64,000 nt of DNA from Owenia fusiformis (lineage: Eukaryota): assembly GCA_903813345.2 (NCBI GenBank), contig CAIIXF020000001.1:41726001-41790000 (forward strand), read 5' to 3'. Below are positions 54,213 to 64,000 of this stretch, piece by piece; position 1 is the first letter of the stretch, and every line of letters starts with the position of its first letter. Both the position numbers and the translations under genes were made by a program. Below the pieces are notes generated by a model. The model did not search any database. It was not told where the DNA came from and worked only from the letters and a program-made list of their open reading frames with translations.

Positions 54213-55934
54213 GTAATAATCCTATCAGACAAGCGCAATCACTTTATAGTTATACAAGCTCAAGCTAATTGAGTGGTTCACTAAGTTTATTCATTCAAAC
54301 TATTATGAATCAAAATTGAAAACTTTGATGATATTTTACTGTTTTCTGGTTGCTATAGTAACTATTAACACTATCAAGCATAAATGAAAACTCCGTGTGA
54401 AAAACAATTACATGTATAGACATTTCATACCTCAATATACAAATACAGTATATGGACTATCAAACACTTTCGATTCTTGATTTGCTTTTTATGAAGTTAA
54501 AATGAAAATATTGTGATTGATTCAAGTTAATGATTACATATCTAATATACATAGGCTAAATTGATTTCATTGAGCTTAAAGGAAATACATGGATGATTTT
54601 CAGAAATTTCACAAAAGAAGACATAAGAGAAGGGGTCAACACGACAAAATAGACAGCATTATTTCAATTGCAACCTACAGAGATCTTCTAAGGTAAGGTG
54701 TTCACTGTAGAGTCTCTCCCCAGTACAGAGAGAGGGGTGTTCACTTTGAGGTTCAGTATTCACTTAATAAGAAGCATAAAAGGGTGTAATGTGTTCATTT
54801 CACAATAGAGGTCACCACCAGGACACCAAAACTTAAAGTTTTAACTCTACTTCACCCCGGGTGATCAATATCCTGTGTTCCGAATTTCGTTCCAGCAAGT
54901 CAGTGACCCGAGTTGTGTTTTACTGAATTCCGACAAATATGGCGGCTAATTTGACAACAGACGATGTTGATGTCGACAATTATTCAAAACTTTCTGACAG
55001 CATAAGGTAAGACTGAATATAGAGTGGCGCATTCGGTGCCTAAATATGTTTGCAACATTTTCTTAGTTGTTTATCCATATGCGTTGGGCATTACTGCTAA
55101 TCGAAGCATAAGTAAACGTGACCTCATTTTCAACGCTCGCTGGAAAGTATGTCACCGAGCAGTTTTTGACCTTCTGTTAGTTAATGAGATAAACTGTTAT
55201 CATGGTATAATTGCTGGGTAGACGTTCAAAGTATGTACCAACTCGTGCTTCCAGTGAATGTAAACCATTTCTTTGCATAAGCGTCCTAGAAGGCATAATA
55301 AGATATATTCCATAGTACCGAATAGGAATCGCCAGTGTTCCGACGCACTTCATGGATAAATGCTCATAGACTATTGAATCATAATGAACAGAAGCAGTGT
55401 ATACTCACGTGTGATATCTTAATTTATCAAAAATAAGAATTGAATGCATTTGATAATATTGATACTTTGCCAACTTGACTGATTTTTTTCTAGTCTGAGT
55501 AATTAATAAATGAGTAGTGGATTTGATTAATTGAGGATTTCCCATGTTAAAATATGTGAAAATTGTCAAGAGGCCACACACATCAGAGGATGAGAGTACA
55601 ATACAACATGTGTAAATTATGAGACTATGTTGCAACACCTTCAAAGAATGGTCATTTCACAATCCACATTGCACATACTGTAGCAGGCATTTTTATGATA
55701 TATTTTAACATTGTCACAAAAACCAGGGATTGACAAAAAATATAGCATATCATATAGCAGGTATATGTATTGTAATATATTTCAACGTTGTCACTGTTAG
55801 AGTAGGCATTACAATTTACCCATAAAAATATAATAATATTGACAACAGGCTAAAAAGTCTTCACTTAGTAAGCCATAAATGTCACATAAAGGCGACGGTC
55901 ACACCAGGCTTTCACGATAGCATTGCTAAGGTAA

Positions 55935-57329
55935 TAGTCCCTGGTATGACTTCCGAATATGAAGGATCCGTAGCACACTATAGCGCAGCAACATTTGAAG
56001 CAATATTTATGAAGGTGTATATGTCTTGATTCTTTTAAAATACCATTTGCCGAAAAAACTTCCGGCTTTCGGGTCGAAAAATGTATTTCATCACAAGGGG
56101 TCAAAAAACGTAAATATTTTGATTCGAACTTTTATAAATTTTATAAGACACAGACCGTTATTCTAAGCATACGAACAAAAAAATTGATTATCATAATGTC
56201 AAAATTACTATGATTTTACTGTAGATGTCGGTGTTTAATTAGTGTAATTACACAAGTGTGTTTTTCAGATTTTGTTTGATTTTTCAAATATGAGCTAAGC
56301 CGATTCAACAAAATTGTATGGAATATTTAGGTAATTTTTTTTGATTGGGAACGTATTAGTTTTCCGGGTAGTTTTCTTACCAGTTAAAACATTTTATTAC
56401 CAGAATTTTTCCATATAATCGTAAAGGGTCTAACAACAAATTATTGTTGATGTTTTATAAAACATAATACAATAACAAATAGGTAAGATTCATATCTAAT
56501 TCGATGTTACAGAGGTATTTGCATGTTCATATATTCCAAGGGCATGTCTAATAATCAATTAGAGTCATATGCAGTCGAACGCCTTACAATTCTTCCTCGA
56601 CGTTAGTTGTGGCTATCATCAAGTTTTCTGATGGTTGTTTCTTCTTTGACCTTACCGAAGGATGCAATCAAATTTTAGGAAGATAATGATAACGATTTTT
56701 CTCAATTATTCATGAATTCGACCAAGTCTTGATGGTTGTTTCATAAGTAACTGAGCTATATCTAACTACGAGAAATAGAATTTTAGCTGTAGTCGCAATT
56801 AGTCAAGGGAGAGCAATAGGCCCACCTTTATTGATAATGTTCACCGCTGAATAAAAGTTCATATCTTAAAACGTATTGAGACCCATTTTGCGAAAAACTA
56901 GCATAATTTAAGCATTTGTCATTCTAATAGAAAAGTGATTCATTTGTAGCATTTATCTTATTAATACCCGAGAAACAATACAAAATGTCGATACACTGAT
57001 GACATAATCTTTTGGTATTGAATAGAAAAATAACCTCAAACTTTTAGCTTAGAAACCTAAATCATATACTTAAAATCATATTTTATTATTTGCTATTGCA
57101 TTGTGTACTCCAAATTGTAAAAGTTTGGAAGTTTACTTTTTGGAAATTTTTTGACCTCTGTTAATGGCAGGCATAATTTAGCCTTAAAGCCGGAAGTATA
57201 TTAAACGGTTATAATAAAGATTATTAGGGGACATATGTAGGTATGCTTATGTTAGGTCAAATATCGCTGCGCTATAGTGTGCTACCAGCTCCTTTATTAG
57301 ACGTCCTAGAGATTTCATACCATGGACTA
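55935..57329. mobile_element. Nested Academ-like non-autonomous element (TAG...CTA termini, 3-bp TSD TAA)
   Basis: Ends tagtccctggtatga / tcataccatggacta. Internal gtagcacactatagcgcagc and its reverse complement. TAA on both sides. Confidence 0.65.
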
Positions 57330-57361
57330 TAATGGCAGGATCCATGCATAATTTATTAAAT

Positions 57362-57665
57362 CAGGCCCGCAGATAGGAGGGGGGGGGGGGGCCCTGGTCA
57401 GAAATTCTCTCAAAAACTTGCAGTTTTTCACCATTCTGAGCACTTTTCACATGATTTTTTGCCAAAACAACAGATGCCAGCCAGATCATACTTATAGTAG
57501 AAGGCTAGGCTCAAATAAACCTCAAATTGAGGTATTATCATTGAGATACTGATACTATACATACGATCGTGCTATCAAAACTGTCAAAAAGCCCCCCCCC
57601 CCCTTGGCAAAAACTCCACCCTTGGTAAAACCGCTCACCAATGGTGAATCCTGGATACGGGCCTG
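57362..57665. mobile_element. CAGGCCCG-ended MITE with 5-bp TSD TAAAT, nested
   Basis: Ends caggcccg / cgggcctg, TAAAT on both sides. Confidence 0.8.
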
Positions 57666-60304
57666 TAAATGGTCATCGTGGTTGTACCAGACAGCAATGC
57701 AATGTTTTGATTTGCACCCATTTTTTATTTTTAAAAATCTAATTGAGAGCATCCTAATCATGTGAAAAGTTCAATTTTTTGTATAGTTATATTCCTTCTA
57801 TAAAGTGGGTACACTTTTTGGGACACCCTGTATTTGCAGTTCAATGCCAATGTGGAAATCAAGAAAGGTAGCACCAAATTAGCTTGATGTATTCATGAAT
57901 GGATTCTCAAAAGTATACAAAATATATATAATCTTATTCTGTAGCTTCGGGACAATGGCGATTCCTATTCGGTAGAATGGAATATATCTTTCAACGACTT
58001 CTATGACGCTTATGAAAGGAAATAGCTTGGATTCAAACATAGCACAAGTTGAGACATACTAATAAGGTATACTTTACAGTTATACAATGCTCAGAGTATC
58101 CATCATTACTTACAGAAGGCAAAGAACGACTCGCTGATATCGTTTTCTGCGAGCTTTTCGAATTGGGTCATGTTGGTTTCATGCTTCGATTTGCATAAAT
58201 AGCCTACACATATGGATAATCGTTTATGAACATGTTGAAAACATATTCCAGCACCGAATGCATTACTCTATATTCATTCTTTCCTTATGCTATCTGATTT
58301 GTTTGACACATTTTCGTCACCTGGCTCGTCGAGACGCCATATTCATCGGGATTCAGTAAAAACACAACTCGGGTCACTGACTTGCTGGAACGAAATTCGG
58401 AACACAGGATATTGATCACCCGGGGTGTACTTGGTGATATAATAAATGGGGCAATCTGATTTAATCCATTCTTCAATAGCTCATGATATCAGATTTGACA
58501 AAGTTGTAGCTTTGAACTACATGTTCACTTGACGAGTGTTACAATTTAATAGAAAATTTATAAAGAGATTTAAAACTTAAATGCAGCACTCGTAGAAACA
58601 TAATATGTGCAAACAATGATAAAGTTGCGAGATTATAAGATTTTTGACATAATTTTATGATTTTTGGAGTGACTACAAACAACATGAATACGAAAAGCTC
58701 AATCAAACTTTCTATGGCATTTGTCAGGATTTTAGGAAAATTATATCACTGACAATCATTAACACGATCTTGCGCAGTACTTAACAATCGCAAGACTTAC
58801 AAGTATGCTTTTAGATTCAACATTATGTATATTCAAGTAAGTACAAAGATGACGTTCAATAATTTAGAGGGAAAATTAGCTGAAATAACAGGTAGGTCTT
58901 CAAAATGATTAGTTTATTGCTAGCATTAAACAATAAAAGTACAGATATTAATTTTAATTCTTAAAAATTCTTAAAACACCATTAAATCATGGTTGATTAG
59001 ACTGTCAACATAGTATTTTCCATAATGTGATTTCATTAAAAATCATTATTTTTGTGCAGTTTTTCATTATAAAATATCTGAAGTACGTTCTATAAGAATG
59101 TTTAGTATAGTCCTTTCATTTTGAGTCCTTTCATTTTGATACCTGTGCATACATAATTGAGTTAAACAAAGTACAGATCAGAATTGTATAAGCTTTAACT
59201 TCTGATCTACTGGGTAATCTTCATAAATCGTTATCTATCAAACACTTCGCAGGTTGTTCAATCAATATAGAAGGCAACAATGTTGGTGCGAATCATTCTT
59301 TTGTTAGATCACAACACTTGCATTATTAAAACCTTGTGTTGAATTGTTTATATTAGATAACAGACTATAAGAAATTTTAAAATGCACAAATATCCAATTT
59401 CATTTGACCTAAAAAAGGTGTCTACAATGAAATTATGGCCAAATAGCATTAAAAATAAAAGGATTCTCACTAGTATAAATATGGGAAATAAGGTTAACTG
59501 TTAGACGTTTTAGAAAAGAGGCATTGAAATGATGAAATAAAATGTTATGAGGTAGAAATGTTGTGGGATATATAAATTTCTTCCATCATACTTGTATTAT
59601 AATACAATCATATATAATAACAAGAGTGACAAATTTTAAATTAAATCCTCAATAATATCTATTTGATCAGATATCTTGATTTTTTCATTCTCAGATAGGA
59701 ATCCATTCCTGCGACGGCAGCCTATCATCGCAAAAGTTAATAAATCTATAAGTCTGAACACTAAATAGAAGACTCTCAGGCAATTGGCTTCTATAGTTCT
59801 ATAGGCAGATAGTGTAGATTACAGAGTGTATTTAGCACTCCTATCAGGTCAATATATCCTTCTCACATCAGCTAAAAGTCAGGAGTAATTTCGTTTCATT
59901 CAAGAACATACATGTAGCTTATGCAAGGTAAGGTTGTTATTTGCTCAATTTGTTACAATATTAATATTTCGGCAAAGTTGTTTTTGTATTTTCACCTTTC
60001 ACAGTGTCTTATGTCTATATTTAATTTCTGTCAATTAGTCTCTGATTGTTATGTTGCTATGGCAATAGAGTTATTATAAGGACAAAATATTGTCTATCCT
60101 GTATTACCATGTTCTAAACATCTTAATTTGTTTGACATTTGAAACAAAAGATTAAATAATTTGATATTTGATACAAAATATGAAATAGTTTGATATAAAA
60201 TATAAAATATCTCTAATTTGAAATTGGATACAAAAGACATTGGATACCAAAGATCACCATTAATACTGGATACAAGAAAATTAAATTATTAGATACTGGA
60301 TTAA

Positions 60305-60463
60305 GGAATAAATAATGATAGGCCATTCAATATGGTGAAATTCAGCACGAGTTGGACAGAATGTTGTACAAAGCACGAACCGAAGGTGAGTGCATTTGTA
60401 CTAACATTCTGTCCAACTCGTGCTGAATTTCACCATATTGAATGGCCTATCATTATTTATTCC
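60305..60463 (+). mobile_element. Near-perfect 159-bp hairpin of a non-autonomous element (tandem-GA type)
   Basis: ggaataaataatgataggcc...ggcctatcattatttattcc arms around the core gcaCGAAccgaaggTGAGtgc. Confidence 0.8.
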
Positions 60464-60510
60464 GATTCAAACATAAAATTTAGTAAAAGCCGTGTCTGTG
60501 GAACGGGCAT

Positions 60511-60708
60511 CAGGCCCGTAGCCAGGGGGGGTTTGGGGGGTTCGGGCGAACCCCCCCCCCTGGCCAAAATTTCTTTCAAAATCATGCAGTTTTTCACCAT
60601 TCTGACTAATTTTTGAGTGATTTTTGGCCATATTTGCCAAAGTGAACCCCCCCTAGAATTTTTTTAGAAAAACGAACCCCCCCTTGGAAAATTCTGGCTA
60701 CGGGCCTG
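60511..60708. mobile_element. CAGGCCCGTAGCCAG-ended MITE with 5-bp TSD GGCAT
   Basis: 15-bp perfect TIR, GGCAT on both sides. Inverted relative to the 38900 copy. Confidence 0.88.
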
Positions 60709-60856
60709 GGCATGAAGGAAGAATACGCATGCTGTCAAGATTCTGAAGTCGGCCGGAAACATTTTAGAATTTGTTTGGGCTGTTCTATTTTACTCCCCGT
60801 TTTAGATTTTATACGGTGTATGCAAACATGGGGTGTTGATAAAATAAAAATAAATA

Positions 60857-61290
60857 CTGTACGCCCGGTATTATTCGCGTGCGATTAACTTTCGCGCTTT
60901 TCGCGAGGGTGTTAAAATCGCGAAAAATTATCGTCGCGAAATTGCCAATTAAATCCCCGGGAATTTGTTATTACCCGGGGCTCTGATGCATTTCGTTTTG
61001 TCTACTAGTTTGGATCGAGTTATAGTACTTCAGTAGTACTGTGCAACTCCATGACTTTACTATGCGTATGCGCGGCAATGAAAGAGCACGTGCGCACGAT
61101 TGTTCACGTGATCGTAGCCTGCAATTTGATTGGACATCATATACTGGGGAATGTACTGGGAACTGAATTTCATATACTGGGGAATCCCCGAATACGATAA
61201 AATACAGTATTCGCGAAATTAAATAGCCGCGAAAACGTGTTTTCACAAAATTCGCGAAATTAAAGCTCGCGAATAATACCGGGCGTACAG
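60857..61290. mobile_element. TA-flanked MITE with TIR ctgtacgcccggtattattcgcg and ttcgcgaa subrepeats
   Basis: 23-bp perfect TIR with TA flanks. Confidence 0.88.
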
Positions 61291-62435
61291 TATCTAGAAT
61301 GACAATTATCAACTATAATTTAATTGCCTTCGTGTATTTCAGTGAAATATTGTTTTGTAAATCATGTTTGAACTCTTCAAAAGCAAGAAATGTGAAAGGA
61401 GAAATGTTTCAATTTTCAGGTTATTTGAAAAGTGGTGATAGATTACATGTTAGAAATCTAAATTGTACTATTAAATTTTGAGGGAGGGAGTAAAAAAGAA
61501 CAGCTATCCCCGGACAGAGCCCCAGATGTGCAGCTGAGATGTGACGTCACTCAAAACAATGCAAATTGCAGATTGAATAGAGCATGGTCGTGCATCTATG
61601 AAGAATTAGAGAACGTTCTATATTGGCTATGCTGCATTCTGATTGGTTGAGAAATTCGAATAGAGCACGGTCATGTTTGAATACAAAATACACAAGATGT
61701 ATGCTGACAAATATATGATATAATTTATTAATTCTCTATGTGCCTAATATAGAACTGCTTGACCTGGAAGGTGAGATACATTTCACTCTAAATGTGACAT
61801 AAGAGCTGTCAATCAAATCTACATTTGAAATTGACATGCTTTATTGAAATATACATTTGGCAAGAATGTTTCAGACATAAATTAAAGATTTGGAACATAT
61901 ATACCATATTCTCTCTAATAAATGCACAATGTGGCTCCCAAACTCTCCTGTAGGAGATGTCTCAAATGACAAAATCCCCACGGAGGTAAGTATATGAGCG
62001 ATATGTGTCTATTAGAGAGAATAGTATTACTTATTCAATTTTTGCATTCATGTTACCCTGACCTGTTCACAATGAAATGAAATATCAATTACATCTTCAA
62101 TCTCAGAAAGAGTTATGAACATCCTGACATTTAATTATCTTGACGTCTCGAATCTGATTGGATTATGATATTCAAGATAATGGAGAGGAAGTCATCAATT
62201 TATACCGTCTGGTTCAAAATGTCAGCTTTTTTCGAAAGCTGGATAAATGACTGTCTCTTACCCGGGGTCTCTTAATTTACAAAAGTCAGGTGATCATGAT
62301 TTTCTGGGAAAATCCATGCACAGATATAGTTCTAATTAGTCAAATCTAGCTTTGTAATTTAGTTCAAATATTTGAAGATGATAAAAACTGGGATAACTAG
62401 GAAACTACATAATGTAAGTCCCATGCAATCAAATA

Positions 62436-62645
62436 CGGGGGGTCCAAAAAGTGAACCCTTGCAACAAGCTATATCTCACTTGTTAATGGCATTAATGGGC
62501 TAATATTCCCACATGTTTTAGAGGGTACCATAAAAGCCAATCAGTCTTAGATCGAGCAGAAGTTACATAGCGTTATATTAATCCATTAATGCCAGTATAA
62601 CTAAGATATAGCTTGTTGCAAGGGTTCACTTTTTGGACCACCCTG
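62436..62645. mobile_element. Tc1/mariner-type MITE with TA TSD
   Basis: Ends ta|cggggggtccaaaaagtgaacccttgcaacaagctatatct ... agatatagcttgttgcaagggttcactttttggaccaccctg|ta. Confidence 0.85.
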
Positions 62646-64000
62646 TACATGTCCTGAGTAATGATGAGGTACTTGATAATTTGAAATATACGTTCTATCT
62701 CATGTAAAATAATAATTGCTTTTGATTCTATAGAAGAAAGCTTCCATTTAGAGATTTCATTGCAAAATTAAAGATCTCTAGAGATACAACTAAAAGGAGA
62801 TTTACCTGAATGCCAGTGATCTCCTTCAGGGGATGCTGGGAGATGTGTTAATAATAACAATGGTATCACTTGCAATCAAAGAGAAGAACAAAAGAGAAAA
62901 ACAAAAAATAACCCGAGGAGCTTTATAATTGCTCAGTCATCATGACAAATACATGGTACGTGTAGGTGTTTCATGATATGGAAGCCTGATATTTCCGACT
63001 TATAGAAATATCTGATATTGACAAAGTTTGAGAGGTATACCTGAAGAAAGAGAAATCATTAATTGGAATAATGCAGCAGAATGTAAGTAATGATTTTATT
63101 CTGCGAAGGATTCAATAATTGACTGACTGTTATGTACTCTACCCCATAGAAAGCTTAGTTGACAATAAGATTCTATTTTAAATGAGGTGCTAATTATGTG
63201 ATACTGCAATATTACTCAATAAAGTATGAGTTCAAGATTTCTTACCTAGTTTTGGGGCGTAAAAATGGTTTTTGCTTAATTGTAAGGAAATATAATATGT
63301 TTTGAAAAATAAAAAAGCAATATCTCAGAATATTTTTATGGTAGCAATTATATGTATGCAACATCCTATACAGCATAAAATATATTTCTGGAAACTGAAA
63401 CAAACTTTTTGAGAGTTCCTTTCAATACAATTTACACATTGATTTCATTTGCTTCTTAAACAGCTTCCTCTTGAAGTTTATAATAGCCTCTGTGCTCAGT
63501 GTATATTAGAACATATAGTCTTACGTCAGGTTTAGGTTTATGGCATTTATAGTACTAATGTATCAATTAGCTCAAATTATGATCTTAAGGCCACAAGTAT
63601 TAAATGATCAAAGTTGCATATTAATATCAATAATCAATAAAAGCTGACTGTAAAGGGAAGAATGGTCAACAATTCTCTTCAAATAATTATTTCCTCCAAA
63701 TCAATAGCTTTTAACCTTGACTCTCGCATGTAGGAAATATAATACTTGGTAGTTTTAATGATGTAAAACATCACTGGATAAACCTAACCCAATCTGGCTG
63801 ATTTGCTAATAAAGATGTTAAAAGGTGTGACAAGGGTTACAGATGATTTGGAGGTCACTATTTAAAAAGTTGTCTCAATTTAAAACATCTATACTACAAT
63901 CTTCATTCATCATGCCTATTTTCCTAATCAACCAAGAGCTTTGACTTTATTTCATGATACATAGAACTAGTCTTCATTCATGTCTCTGGACACCCCCCTA

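Larger units (their letters stand above)
54853..58427. mobile_element. 3.6-kb non-autonomous TIR element with CACCC...GGGTG termini and 5-bp TSD TACTT, containing nested insertions
   Basis: About 76 bp of perfect terminal inverted repeat, decaying inward over ~480 bp. TACTT at 54848-52 and 58428-32. No long ORF. Confidence 0.88.

Noticed and set aside
54853..58427. Autonomous transposase within the 3.6-kb element
   Set aside because: No ORF over ~80 aa and no DDE or RAG1-like motifs seen.
61954..61985. Exon-like segment (tag|gagatg...cggag|gtaagt) with other splice-like sites at 59700-63100
   Set aside because: It could not be linked into any open frame or recognisable protein, though a non-coding or 5' exon is not excluded.

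Overview
AT-rich, intron-containing animal DNA. The gene content and repeats suggest a marine invertebrate; this is inference. Two convergent protein-coding genes can be reconstructed by hand. (1) A + strand Rap1 GTPase-activating protein gene (~3109-42787). It has at least two long alternative first coding exons rich in R-K/R-x-S motifs, a probable third short first exon, two separate phase-0 exons each encoding a GoLoco motif, an intact RapGAP domain (KRHIGND), a Ser-rich tail and a C-terminal coiled coil. (2) A - strand two-exon carotenoid cleavage oxygenase (BCO/RPE65/NinaB family, 545 aa, 48705-46386). It retains the four iron-binding His but starts with an apparent secretory signal peptide, and lies behind a TATA/Inr/GATA promoter. 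The rest holds many non-autonomous DNA transposons: two CACCC-ended elements with 5-bp TSDs (Transib/RAG-like signature), CAG-ended MITEs with 5-bp TSDs, an Academ-like element, TA-flanked MITEs (one with an internal 17-bp satellite), and several hairpin elements with strand-specific tandem G.A mismatches. No transposase ORF, RNA gene or CRISPR array was found. Exon boundaries were read by eye from GT-AG sites and reading-frame continuity and need transcript confirmation.
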